DNA of 51,429 bases from positions 1 to 51,429 of the forward strand of contig JAHFJI010000002.1 in assembly GCA_023245955.1 (NCBI GenBank), written 5' to 3'. The position numbers were made by a program, and so were the translations under genes. The notes beneath the pieces are model-generated. The model had not been told where the DNA came from. It did not search any database and saw only the letters and a list, made by a program, of their open reading frames with translations. The DNA is from Candidatus Doudnabacteria bacterium (GTDB lineage Bacteria > Patescibacteriota > Doudnabacteria > UBA920). Below, piece after piece: positions 18,452-28,111 of this stretch (its first letter is position 1; the number at the start of each line of letters is the position of its first letter).

Positions 18452-20131
18452 TCACTCTAAAACTTTTAGATGTTGCCTCCTGAGTATGGAGAGGTGTTGT
18501 TTCGGGTTTTGGTGTTTGAGTATACGGGACAAGTGTAAGCCATTCACATAGTGAGGGAGCAGAACATAATCTACTTTGTGTCGGTATAGCTCACGCGCGG
18601 CATCATTATTTTGTGCCATTATAATTAGCTTGGCGCGGAATTTTTGGTTGCGCACACTCTCTACCACAGCCAGGTTATCATGCACATCTGGCAAGGTTGA
18701 GACTATCATGCGTGCATACCTGAACCCTGCAAGTTCCTGGATGTACGGGTCACTAGCGTCTCCACAAATAACCGGTACGCCCGAACGTGCATAATACTCG
18801 GCTACCTCTGGGTTAAAGTCTACTATTACAAATTTTTCATGGGCACTAAGAAAGCTTTCTGCAAGCTCCTTGCCTGTCCGGTGTACACCCAGCAATACCA
18901 CGTGGTTCTTTAAAGTGCTCTCGTGTTGGTGTAGCTCTGCCGTACCGCCAGTTAGATCAAACCAAGATAAAGACTGCTCAAGCCAACTATATAGTTTATC
19001 CGCTTTTATAATACTGTAAGAAGACAAAGTAAAAGTAATAATCGCCACAAGAGTAATCATACTTACCACTTCTGGGTTTATAGCCCCTAGTTTAAGCCCT
19101 AAAGCTACTAGTATCAAACTGAACTCAGAAATTTGTCCTACTGTAATAGCGGTGTAAAAAGCCGTTCTAGGTTTGTAGCCAAGAAAACTGAGTATGACTA
19201 CTACTATGAAAGGATTGCCCACCAACACAAACAAAGACAAAATAATTGCCGGCACAATTGTGCTAGCAATACCAGCAAAAGATAATTGACTACCTAGGAC
19301 AATAAAGAAAATAATAATAAAGAAGTCCCGGAGACTACGGATGCGGGCCGAGATTTCGTAATGCACGCTAGAAGCCGAGAGCGAGAGGCCAGCTAAAAAC
19401 CCACCAATTTCTAAAGAGAAGCCCATAAATGGCAGTTGTACAAATGTAGCAAGTCCCAGAGCCCAGGCAAGTGAGACTACCAGCAACAGCTCATCCGACT
19501 TACCGATAGAGCGAAACAGCTTGGGAAATACATACTGGTTCAAAATTACTACACCCACAACCAGTAGCACCCCACGTAAGAACGTAAAACCCACATGACT
19601 CCACAAGGCCGTACCGGTAGCAGAAGACCCGCTAGATAGAACCATGAGCACCACTAGCGCTACTAAGTCTTGAGTTAGGAAAATTCCTACCACCAAACGA
19701 CCGTACAAGCTTTGTAAGTCTCTTTTTTCGGACAGTAACTTTACTACAATAATAGTAGAAGAAAAGGTAAGTGCAAGAGCCACATACAAAGAAGTGAGCA
19801 TAGAAAAACCAAGCAAGTGGCAAAGTAAAAAGCTGCACGCAAGAGTAATCAGTACCTGCCCAGCTCCTGCCAATACTGCTCGTCTGCCAATCTTTTTTAT
19901 CTGCGAAATATCTAGCTCTAGCCCCACCATAAATAGTAGCAGGGTAATACCTACCTGCGACATAGCGGTAAGGGCGCTACCTTCATGAAGTCTCCAATAC
20001 CCAAAAGGACCCAAAATAAGCCCGGCTAAAATGTAGGCCAGGATACTTGGTTGTTTTAAATAATTAACCAAAAGCGCGCAAGCCCCAGCCAGTACCAGCA
20101 CAACGGTTAATTCAAAGAATAAACTCTCCAT
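18452..20131 (-). CDS. monovalent cation:proton antiporter (CPA2/Kef-type) with a C-terminal RCK/TrkA-N domain
   Basis: Polytopic N-terminal region (LKQPSILAYILAGLILGP) and a C-terminal VVLLGVHRTGKELA Rossmann-like segment. Confidence 0.8.
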   Translation of the reverse strand: MESLFFELTVVLVLAGACALLVNYLKQPSILAYILAGLILGPFGYWRLHEGSALTAMSQVGITLLLFMVGLELDISQIKKIGRRAVLAGAGQVLITLACSFLLCHLLGFSMLTSLYVALALTFSSTIIVVKLLSEKRDLQSLYGRLVVGIFLTQDLVALVVLMVLSSGSSATGTALWSHVGFTFLRGVLLVVGVVILNQYVFPKLFRSIGKSDELLLVVSLAWALGLATFVQLPFMGFSLEIGGFLAGLSLSASSVHYEISARIRSLRDFFIIIFFIVLGSQLSFAGIASTIVPAIILSLFVLVGNPFIVVVILSFLGYKPRTAFYTAITVGQISEFSLILVALGLKLGAINPEVVSMITLVAIITFTLSSYSIIKADKLYSWLEQSLSWFDLTGGTAELHQHESTLKNHVVLLGVHRTGKELAESFLSAHEKFVIVDFNPEVAEYYARSGVPVICGDASDPYIQELAGFRYARMIVSTLPDVHDNLAVVESVRNQKFRAKLIIMAQNNDAARELYRHKVDYVLLPHYVNGLHLSRILKHQNPKQHLSILRRQHLKVLE

Positions 20132-20157
20132 TGATTATATATTTTGTTTCTGATATC

Positions 20158-20196
20158 TTTCGTAGTTTCGTATTTTTCGTAATTTCGTAGAAACGA
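20158..20196. repeat. four tandem TTTCGTA words upstream of the kef-type gene
   Basis: tttcgta occurs at 20158, 20166, 20175 and 20183 (spacings 8, 9, 8), followed by an inverted gaaacga. Confidence 0.8.
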
Positions 20197-20261
20197 TATA
20201 TCCATAGTTTAACAGCTATGCGGATTTGCTCAAAGTGGAAAAGTCCTTTAAACTATAGCTA

Positions 20262-20840
20262 ATGAACACAAATGTAGACGCAATATTTTTTATAGGTAGG
20301 TCTGGTGCAGGCAAGGGCACACAAGCAAAGCTACTTGCAGAACGCATTGGCTTTTTTTATTGGGAGATGGGCGCTATCTTGCGTGCAGAGATAGCTCGTG
20401 GTACTCCTATAGGCAAAGAGATTGAGAACATAGTCAACAGTGGTTTGTACTTAGACGACCACCATATGTTTAAAGTCATTAGTAGCCACGTAGGGGAAAT
20501 TCCACCAAACACGGGAATAGTATTTGACGGTCTTCCAAGACGCATGAGTCAAGCACCTTACATTGTAGGTTTACTTCACGGCATGAACAAAAAAGAATTG
20601 GCCACTATTTTCTTAGATGTTCCCAGAGAAGACTCTGTGGGTAGATTATTGCACAGAGCGGAAATAGAGCACAGAGTGGACGACACAGGCGAGGTAATTG
20701 AACGCAGGCTTGACCAGTTTGAGCTAGAAACTATGCCGGTCTTAGATTTCCTAGAGAACATGACTAAGTTCTACCGTATAGACGGCCGTCCAAGTGTTGA
20801 AAACGTTACAGAGGCTATAAGTAAAGTTTTAGGTGTGTAA
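20262..20840 (+). CDS. adk: adenylate kinase
   Basis: GRSGAGKGTQAKLLAERIG, GIVFDGLPRRMSQA and RVDD motifs. Confidence 0.85.
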   Translation: MNTNVDAIFFIGRSGAGKGTQAKLLAERIGFFYWEMGAILRAEIARGTPIGKEIENIVNSGLYLDDHHMFKVISSHVGEIPPNTGIVFDGLPRRMSQAPYIVGLLHGMNKKELATIFLDVPREDSVGRLLHRAEIEHRVDDTGEVIERRLDQFELETMPVLDFLENMTKFYRIDGRPSVENVTEAISKVLGV

Positions 20841-20843
20841 AGC

Positions 20844-21491
20844 ATGGTTCGTCTTACAAACAAAAAAGCTAGTAGTTTAAAGTTAACCCCATTAAATATT
20901 TTTCTTATGGGTGACATTGGCTCGGGTAAGGGAACCCAGTCCAACCTACTGGCTCAGAAGTTCCACTTGTATAAGATAGATATGGGGGAAGAGCAAGAAA
21001 AACAAAGAAAGCAAAATAAAAAGTTGGATAAAATTTTTAAACAAACTGTAGATGTGGGTGCCATGAATCCCACCGAAATTTACAGGCAGCTAGTGAGTAA
21101 CGCTATACAAAGAGTGCCTAGCACCCAAGGTATTGTCTTCGCTGGACATCCTAAAATGTCTAGGGAAGTACGCTTTGTAAATAAACTACTGAAAGTCCAT
21201 GGCAGACAAAACGCTATTTGTATTTATCTTTCCATTCCTTGGAAAGAAACCATAAAGCGCAACTTAGCTAGGGTCGGATATTTTGGCAATAGAAAGCGAG
21301 CCGATGATTCGCTGGCCGCTATAAACAAAAGAAAACGTTTCTCACAGGCACATCTAATAAAATCTAAACCTATTTATAAGTCTTTTTACCCATTTGTACA
21401 GATTAGTGGCTTGGGTACGGTTGCAGAAGTGCACAAACGAGTACTCAAGGTAGTAGAGAAACTAGCAAAATTGAAAATTGAAAATCAATAA
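20844..21491 (+). CDS. adenylate kinase-like paralog (divergent)
   Basis: GDIGSGKGTQSNLLAQKF and GIVFAGHPKMSREV. It starts 4 nt after the adk stop. Confidence 0.6.
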   Translation: MVRLTNKKASSLKLTPLNIFLMGDIGSGKGTQSNLLAQKFHLYKIDMGEEQEKQRKQNKKLDKIFKQTVDVGAMNPTEIYRQLVSNAIQRVPSTQGIVFAGHPKMSREVRFVNKLLKVHGRQNAICIYLSIPWKETIKRNLARVGYFGNRKRADDSLAAINKRKRFSQAHLIKSKPIYKSFYPFVQISGLGTVAEVHKRVLKVVEKLAKLKIENQ

Positions 21492-21550
21492 TTGAAAATT
21501 GTCTATACTCATTCAATTATCAATTTTCAATCTGCAATTTACAATTACCC

Positions 21551-22306
21551 ATGCCCGGACAAATTAAAACACCAGAAGAGATAGAGCTGATAGCCGAAGG
21601 AGGTAAACTCCTGCGGAGTATTTTAAATGATGTAGCCAAGCTAGTAAAACCAGGTGTTACCACGAAAGACTTAAGTGACTTTGCAAATAAAGAGATCCGC
21701 AAGGTTGGCGGAGTACCCAGTTTTATCGGCTATGGCGAAAAACGCAACCCTTTTCCAGCTGCCATCTGTACTTCGGTGAACGATGTAGTAGTGCATGGCA
21801 TTCCGGGTAAAGAAGTTCTAGCGGAGGGTGATATAGTTGGGCTAGATATTGGCATGATCTACAAAAACCTGTTTACGGACACAGCTATTACCGTAGCGGT
21901 AGGTAGCGTAGATGAAAAAAAGCAAAAACTTATTAACACCACTAAAAGAGCCTTAGAGATAGGCATACAACAAGCTGTAATTGGTAACAAAACAGGGGAT
22001 ATAGGTCATGCCGTGCAAACGTTTGCCGAAAAAGAAGGTTTTTCGGTGGTAAGAGACCTAGTAGGACACGGTGTGGGGTACAGTGTTCATGAAGACCCAC
22101 AAGTGCCGAACTACGGCAAAAAGGGAACGGGCGCAAAACTTGTAGAAGGCATGGTTATTGCCATAGAACCAATGCTTTGTACAGGCACTTACCACGTCTA
22201 TTTTGAGTCAGACGGCTGGACCATTCGTACCGAGGACGGCGGACTGTCTGCTCACTTTGAGCACACTATTGCCATAACCCGCAAAGGCCCAAGAATTTTG
22301 ACTTAG
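21551..22306 (+). CDS. map: type I methionine aminopeptidase
   Basis: VVHGIP, DIVGLDIG, GHGVG, IEPM and HFEHT metal-ligand motifs. Confidence 0.95.
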   Translation: MPGQIKTPEEIELIAEGGKLLRSILNDVAKLVKPGVTTKDLSDFANKEIRKVGGVPSFIGYGEKRNPFPAAICTSVNDVVVHGIPGKEVLAEGDIVGLDIGMIYKNLFTDTAITVAVGSVDEKKQKLINTTKRALEIGIQQAVIGNKTGDIGHAVQTFAEKEGFSVVRDLVGHGVGYSVHEDPQVPNYGKKGTGAKLVEGMVIAIEPMLCTGTYHVYFESDGWTIRTEDGGLSAHFEHTIAITRKGPRILT

Positions 22307-22556
22307 CACTTATTCCTATAAGTCATATAAGACTTATAAGTTTTATGTCGTTACAAGTTATACGGCAGCTTTGGAAATTAAATTTCAAACTACAAATAAC
22401 CAATGTCAAATAAATAACAGGCTCAAAATACAAAGTAAGAATCTTTTTTAGGGTTGTGTTTGAAATTTTAGATTTTGGACTTATTTGAGATTTTGAGATT
22501 TGATATTTGGATTTTACAAGCCTATTTATTAGCTATTTTATCCAATTATATATAGT

Positions 22557-22585
22557 TTGCCTATTGCAGTCTAGTGTGCTATAAT
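22557..22585 (+). promoter_or_regulatory. candidate promoter of the RRM protein gene
   Basis: TTGCCT, 17 nt spacer, extended -10 TGCTATAAT. It predicts a leader of about 130 nt. Confidence 0.45.
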
Positions 22586-22720
22586 ATTTGCATCATCTTA
22601 AGTTACGTGACTTTGGGCATAGGTCCTCTAAACAGAGCCGAGCACAAAAGGAAAACGAGCTTTTATATTAGTATAGTCAGAGTAGTAGATGAGCTCTGGC
22701 TCTGTTAGGAAGCCAAACAA

Positions 22721-23134
22721 ATGGCAACAAAGTTATATGTCGGAAACCTCTCTTATGGAGCAACCGATCAAGCCCTCCAGGAAGCCTTTGGGCAAGCTGG
22801 AACAGTAGTCTCTGCACAAGTAGTCATCGACAAAATGACCGGCCGTTCACGCGGTTTTGGTTTTGTGGAGATGGACACTGATGCAGCAGCACAAGCAGCT
22901 ATAGAGCTCTGGAATGGTAAAGAGCTAGATGGCCGTGCAATTACCGTAAACGAAGCAAGACCACGTGAAGAGCGCCCAGCTGGCGGTCGTGGATTTGGTG
23001 GCGGTGATCGTGGCGGTCGCGGTGGTTACGGTGGCGGTCGCGGTGGAAATGATCGTGGCGGTCGCGGTGGTTACGGCAATGGTGGTGGTCACAATGACGA
23101 TAGTCAGGGTGGCGGTCGCACTTGGCAGTTCTAG
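22721..23134 (+). CDS. RRM-type RNA-binding protein with a Gly/Arg-rich (RGG) tail
   Basis: RNP2 LYVGNL, RNP1 RGFGFVEM and a C-terminal GGDRGGRGGYGGGRGGNDRGGRGGYG repeat. Confidence 0.9.
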   Translation: MATKLYVGNLSYGATDQALQEAFGQAGTVVSAQVVIDKMTGRSRGFGFVEMDTDAAAQAAIELWNGKELDGRAITVNEARPREERPAGGRGFGGGDRGGRGGYGGGRGGNDRGGRGGYGNGGGHNDDSQGGGRTWQF

Positions 23135-23153
23135 TTTTATCTAGACATTGGAA

Positions 23154-23184
23154 AGAGCTAAGCTTTACGCTTAGCTCTTTTTTA
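23154..23184 (+). terminator. rho-independent terminator
   Basis: agagctaagc-tttac-gcttagctct followed by tttttt. Confidence 0.75.
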
Positions 23185-23223
23185 ATTACTCATGTGATAT
23201 AATTTATGGAGTAAATTAATAGT

Positions 23224-23326
23224 GTCATTGCGAGGAGTGAGTCTGCGACCGACGTGGCAATCTAAATGTTTTATTTTTTAGAAATTAGATTGCCACGCCA
23301 TTCGAAGACTCATGGCTCGCAATGAC
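23224..23326. repeat. repeat family B, full inverted-repeat element
   Basis: Arms 23224-23263 (gtcattgcgaggagtgagtctgcgaccgacgtggcaatct) and 23287-23326 (agattgccacgcc...gctcgcaatgac). Confidence 0.85.
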
Positions 23327-23339
23327 AAGAGGAAAAAAC

Positions 23340-23714
23340 ATGCCAAACATTCAAGAAGTCTTTAACCGCATAAAAGAGACCAAACGCAAAGCCAAAGAAA
23401 TTAACCGCATGTACAAGGACGAGCTGGAAACAAATGGCGAATACCGAGAGCTATTAGAAAAACTAGAACTCCTCAAAGCCAAAAAGAAACAAATAGAAGA
23501 ACAAACCAAGCAAATGTCCGCTGGAGAATTTGCCAAGCTGGATGCTTACAAAATGCACGTAAAAACAGACTCCGAGCTACTCTCAGACCTAGCCTTTAAT
23601 AGCTTGGTAGCAGGGGAGACAGTAGCGGTAAAAGATGAAAATGAAGAAGACTACGAACCCATCTTTACCGTCCGTTTCAAAAAAGCTCATTTGGTGCAGA
23701 AAGAGAAGAAATAG
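23340..23714 (+). CDS. coiled-coil hypothetical protein
   Basis: The ORF-track start at 23322 falls in the repeat terminus aATGAC. The ATG at 23340 has the RBS AAGAGGA 7 nt upstream. Confidence 0.5.
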   Translation: MPNIQEVFNRIKETKRKAKEINRMYKDELETNGEYRELLEKLELLKAKKKQIEEQTKQMSAGEFAKLDAYKMHVKTDSELLSDLAFNSLVAGETVAVKDENEEDYEPIFTVRFKKAHLVQKEKK

Positions 23715-23957
23715 CAAATAAAATTTCAAATTACAAATATCAAATTTCAAGTAAGTTCCAAATTCAAAATCCATTAGCCTTTGTTGCTCCTTATGTTATT
23801 TTGTATTTCTGGTTTGTTGTTTATTTGTAATTTGAAATTTGATATTTTGGCTTCATTGAGTTATCCACCTTTTTGCAGATAACAAAAATAATTCATAGTA
23901 TAATAAGGTTGTGAAAACGTTATACAAATCTCTCTTTTTGAAGGGAGGTGAAGTGAA

Positions 23958-24194
23958 TTGAAATTTTTACATCAGATAGCTTTTATCCTCGTGATAATAG
24001 GTGGTCTTAACTGGCTATGTTTTGCTATCTTCGGCTGGGATGTTGGCATGCTTATAGGTGGTTCAGAAGGCATGCATGCATTACTACCTCGCATTATTTA
24101 CATCTTGGTTGGATTATCCGCCATTTGGTTAATTTTTAACCATAGGAATGAGTGCAAGTGGTGTATGCCTGGCACTAGCGCCCCAAGGTCTTAA
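23958..24194 (+). CDS. DUF378-like small membrane protein
   Basis: IAFILVIIGGLNWLCFAIFGWDV matches my recollection of the DUF378 pattern. TTG start follows the RBS GGGAGGTG. Confidence 0.5.
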   Translation: MKFLHQIAFILVIIGGLNWLCFAIFGWDVGMLIGGSEGMHALLPRIIYILVGLSAIWLIFNHRNECKWCMPGTSAPRS

Positions 24195-24212
24195 TAGGCC
24201 GTTGTTATACTA

Positions 24213-24285
24213 CAAACACCTGACTTTTCTTCCCTCCCCAAACAATGGGGAGGGCCGGGGGAGAGATTAACAGGTGTTTGTTTTT
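24213..24285 (+). terminator. compound hairpin terminator
   Basis: Outer stem caaacacctg / caggtgtttg plus ttttt. Inner stem ccctcccc / ggggaggg. Confidence 0.55.
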
Positions 24286-24332
24286 ATATTCCCTATTTTT
24301 TAGATATAATAAATTTACTAGATACTTGGCTA

Positions 24333-26135
24333 ATGAATGAAAAAATAAAAAACATTAAAGAACTTATAAATAACATAGGTAGAACTATACGACTAGTTTG
24401 GAAAAATACGCCTGGCCTTGTTATTTTAATTGTAATTTTAAGTATTATTATATCTTTTGTACCTTTTACAACTTCGGGGGTACGCGCCTTTTTGATTGAT
24501 CAACTTATCGCAACTTCCTCACAAAAAACCATAACTGGTCAATTAGGCCTAGCTGTTGGCCTAACCATTGTTGCATCTTTTATTCCCAGTATCTTATACA
24601 CCCTACAAAGATATTTAGGCAAACTATTCTGGTTCCATACAGACGCACTATTTGAAATGGAGATAATCAAGAAACGGGGTGAACTCGATGTTGCCGTTTT
24701 TGAAAATCCAGAATTGAATGACTTGCTTACCAGAGTAAACGAAAACGGCGTTTGGCGACTTCAAAACTTTACAGATAGACAATTTTATCTTATCCAAGAC
24801 ATACTGCAGGTTATTATTGCCATAACCATCCTAAGTGCTTTTAACCCATGGCTAATCGTAGTGTTACTAGCGGGCACCATACCAGAATTGATAGTAGAAA
24901 TTAAATATGGCAAAGACACATGGGGTTTATACGGCTCCAAGGCCGAAACCAGAAGAAAATTTTGGAATTTAAAAGGCTATTTTGAATATAAAGAGGGAAT
25001 AGTGGAGTTACGTCTATTCCAAAACCTAAGGAACTTTCTAGATAAAATCCGAAACCTATTCCTAGATTTCCAGAACGAACAAAGGAAGCTAGAAAAGCGT
25101 AAACTCATAGCTCAAACATGCACGGCTTTATTTTCGCAGATTGCGGTTGCAGCTGTTATCTGGTGGTCCGTGTTACAAGTCATAAGCGGGCACACACTAG
25201 TGGGCGTGTTTACCTTTTTTCTTTCTTCTGTGGGAGACTTTCGTAGCGCGTTATCAAGCTTCTTCCAAAACTTAGCTCGTCAACACGAGGACAGCTTATT
25301 TGTAAGCGATATATTTAAGCTATTTGCTCTAGAGACCACTCTCCCCAAACAAGCGCTTGGACAAAAATTGCCCAATAAACAAACACCCGATGTAGTTTTT
25401 GAAAACGTAAGTTTTGCTTACCCAAAAACAAAAAAACTGGTGTTAAAGAATATTAACTTACATATACCTGCAGGCCACAAAATAGCTCTAGTTGGGATTA
25501 ATGGCTCTGGTAAAACCACACTGGTAAAGCTACTGTGTAGATTTTACGATCCCACAAGAGGGCGCATACTCATAAATGGCATAGATTTAAGAGAGCTAGA
25601 CTTAGAAAGCTGGTACAAGCAACTGGGAGTACTTTTCCAGCAATACGCACAATATAAGTTCCAGGTATCTGAAGCCATTGCACAAGGAGATTCAAATCGC
25701 AGACTATCTATTCGTGATGTTAAACTAGCCGGAGTGCTAAGTGAATCCGACACCTTTATAAACTCTTGGCCAGGTAAATACAAACAGATGCTTGGACAAG
25801 AATTTACTGGCGGCATAGACCCATCTATCGGACAATGGCAGAAACTTGCACTTGCCAGGGTATTTTATAGAAACCCAGGTATATTTGTGCTAGATGAGCC
25901 AACTGCCTCTATAGATGCAGAAGCTGAAGCGCATATATTTGAGCGACTGGAAAAAGTGTCCACCGGAAAAACTCTTATACTTATCTCTCACAGGTTTTCA
26001 ACCGTTAGGAGAGCAGACGTGATTTGCGTTATAAAAAATGGTGAAATCCACGAAATGGGCAGCCATGCAGACCTAATGGCTAAAGATCAAACTTACGCAG
26101 AGTTATTTAGGCTCCAAGCCAAGGGTTACGAATAG
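24333..26135 (+). CDS. ABC exporter, fused permease/ATPase (MsbA-like)
   Basis: Six TM segments at the N-terminus. Walker A GINGSGKTT, signature-region SIGQWQKLALAR and Walker B FVLDEPT. Confidence 0.9.
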   Translation: MNEKIKNIKELINNIGRTIRLVWKNTPGLVILIVILSIIISFVPFTTSGVRAFLIDQLIATSSQKTITGQLGLAVGLTIVASFIPSILYTLQRYLGKLFWFHTDALFEMEIIKKRGELDVAVFENPELNDLLTRVNENGVWRLQNFTDRQFYLIQDILQVIIAITILSAFNPWLIVVLLAGTIPELIVEIKYGKDTWGLYGSKAETRRKFWNLKGYFEYKEGIVELRLFQNLRNFLDKIRNLFLDFQNEQRKLEKRKLIAQTCTALFSQIAVAAVIWWSVLQVISGHTLVGVFTFFLSSVGDFRSALSSFFQNLARQHEDSLFVSDIFKLFALETTLPKQALGQKLPNKQTPDVVFENVSFAYPKTKKLVLKNINLHIPAGHKIALVGINGSGKTTLVKLLCRFYDPTRGRILINGIDLRELDLESWYKQLGVLFQQYAQYKFQVSEAIAQGDSNRRLSIRDVKLAGVLSESDTFINSWPGKYKQMLGQEFTGGIDPSIGQWQKLALARVFYRNPGIFVLDEPTASIDAEAEAHIFERLEKVSTGKTLILISHRFSTVRRADVICVIKNGEIHEMGSHADLMAKDQTYAELFRLQAKGYE

Positions 26136-26307
26136 CCGCCGCATGTTCTCTTGCAAAAATGAGGGTTTTTCTTTATACTTAAACTAATAAATTACCCGAA
26201 AGGGTCTTTTCTTTGTTTTGGTCTTTTCTTATTATCCGCCTCTTCGGCTGACCCCGACCAATGTGTCGGAGCTAACCACTATCCACTAATCACTTTCCAC
26301 TGCTAAC

Positions 26308-27771
26308 ATGGCAAACGAAGTTATACTCCGCTTTAGCGACGTAACTTTTGAATACTCTATACACAAGCATCTCTTAGATGAGGCGTCTTTTTCGCTTCGG
26401 AAAGAGTCTAGAATTGCTCTTATGGGCCAGAACGGAGCTGGTAAGTCTACACTATTTAAGCTTATTACTGGAGAACTCAAGCCAACTGAAGGTTCTATAT
26501 CGCTTACGCCTAAAGATGCTAGCATAGGCGTTGCTCGCCAAGTCATACCAGCGGAAATGCTAGACATGACCGTGCAAGATTATTTTGCTACCGCCTTTAC
26601 TGAGAAAAGATATAACCTAGATAAACTAATATCTAACGTATTTGAGATAGTAAATGTAGATCTACCACTTGACCGGAAAGTGCGGGAGTTTTCTGGTGGC
26701 CAACAAGCCAGGCTCCTACTTGCTTACGCTATTATCCAAGAGCCAGACATTTTACTCTTAGACGAGCCTACCAACAACCTAGACCAGGCCGGGATAGAAC
26801 ATCTAACGGGGTTCCTCATGATGTACGAAAAGACCTGCTTAATCATTTCCCACGATGCAGACTTCCTAAACGCATTTACTGATGGCGTACTTTACCTAGA
26901 CTCTTTTACTAAAAAAGTAGAGCAGTACACGGGTAACTATTTTGACGTAGTAGAAGAGATAGGTAAGCGCATAGAGCGCGAGAACCTCCAAAACGCCCGC
27001 GCAGAGCAAGAGATAAAAAAGCTGAAGGCTCAAGCAGAACAATTTGCTCACAAAGGGGGTAAGCTTCGTGCTGTAGCCAAACGCATGCGCGACAATGCAG
27101 AAGAAGCCGAAGAATCTAAGGTAGAAGTACGCAGAGAAGACAAAACTATTCGGGAGTTTACAATACCCGTACAAGAGTTTCCAGCATTCTTCAATGGTCA
27201 AATTTTACAAATAGATTCTATTACCGCCATTAAAGATGGTGTACCAGTGACCACAGAAAGGGAAATAACTGTTCGGCGTGGTAGCCACGTGCTTATTGCA
27301 GGACCTAATGGCATTGGCAAAAGCACTTTTCTAGAAAATATTATAAACGATACAGCTAGCGGGGTAACGGTCTCCCCAGATGTAAAAGTAGGATACTACA
27401 AGCAAGACTTTTCCATGCTCAATTTTAAGGAAACGGCTTTTGACGCGCTCATGGATGCCATGCAACTAAAAGACGAGCCGCTCATGCGTTCTATTGCCGC
27501 AGGCTTCTTGCTAGACGGTAAAGCCTTAAGCACGGAGATAGGCGCACTATCGGAAGGCCAAAAAGGACTCTTGGCTTTTGGCAGACTGGTTATAATGAAG
27601 CCAGGGTTACTAGTATTAGACGAACCAACCAACCACATTAACTTTAGGCACTTACCAGTGATTGCCGAAGCGCTAGACCAGTACGAAGGTGCCATCCTCA
27701 TGGTCTCTCACATTCCGGACTTTGTCTCCAAAATCCGCATGGACGAAATAATAGATTTAAGCACTATCTAA
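26308..27771 (+). CDS. ABC-F family ATPase (two NBDs, no TM domain)
   Basis: First NBD: GQNGAGKST, SGGQQARL, LLLDEPTNNLD. A charged linker follows. Second NBD: GPNGIGKST, SEGQKGLL, LVLDEPTNHIN. Confidence 0.9.
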   Translation: MANEVILRFSDVTFEYSIHKHLLDEASFSLRKESRIALMGQNGAGKSTLFKLITGELKPTEGSISLTPKDASIGVARQVIPAEMLDMTVQDYFATAFTEKRYNLDKLISNVFEIVNVDLPLDRKVREFSGGQQARLLLAYAIIQEPDILLLDEPTNNLDQAGIEHLTGFLMMYEKTCLIISHDADFLNAFTDGVLYLDSFTKKVEQYTGNYFDVVEEIGKRIERENLQNARAEQEIKKLKAQAEQFAHKGGKLRAVAKRMRDNAEEAEESKVEVRREDKTIREFTIPVQEFPAFFNGQILQIDSITAIKDGVPVTTEREITVRRGSHVLIAGPNGIGKSTFLENIINDTASGVTVSPDVKVGYYKQDFSMLNFKETAFDALMDAMQLKDEPLMRSIAAGFLLDGKALSTEIGALSEGQKGLLAFGRLVIMKPGLLVLDEPTNHINFRHLPVIAEALDQYEGAILMVSHIPDFVSKIRMDEIIDLSTI

Positions 27772-27806
27772 AATAGTGTATACTGGGTGCAAGGAGGAAT
27801 CGCATC

Positions 27807-27995
27807 ATGGAAATCAAGCAATGGATTGAGAGTGGCAACATAAAGATACGCAAATTTCCCGAAACGCCGGAAGGGCAAAAACAGCTCCAAGCGGAGTTGG
27901 CTAAGGCCGCAATAGAAATAGAAGAAATGATTCGCGAGCTGGAAGAAAGCAAGCGAACCACCCACGAAACCATGCAGATCCAATTTGATATTTGA
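27807..27995 (+). CDS. small charged hypothetical protein
   Basis: 62-aa ORF after GGAGGAATCGCATC. No recognisable motif. It is overlapped by antisense ORFs of similar size. Confidence 0.3.
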   Translation: MEIKQWIESGNIKIRKFPETPEGQKQLQAELAKAAIEIEEMIRELEESKRTTHETMQIQFDI

Positions 27996-28111
27996 GCTGT
28001 AAGACACAAGAAACGTTGAGGGAGGCAATTAGCTTCCCATTTTTTATGGTATAATAGGGTATACGTTAGTACAAGTAGGCATTTAAGCATGCAAACATTT
28101 AAATATAGAAC

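Noticed and set aside
21465-21550. Short AT-rich repeated words (also at 33958-34048 and 22375-22520) that superficially resemble a repeat array
   Set aside because: They are not CRISPR. There is no regular repeat-spacer periodicity, the units are only 8-12 nt words mixed with their complements, and no cas genes are present in the window.
27764-28090. Minus-strand ORFs 27764-28090 and 27768-28028 opposite the 62-aa plus-strand ORF
   Set aside because: They overlap each other and the end of the ABC-F gene, and they lack start-site signals. Even the plus-strand 62-aa call is kept only at low confidence.
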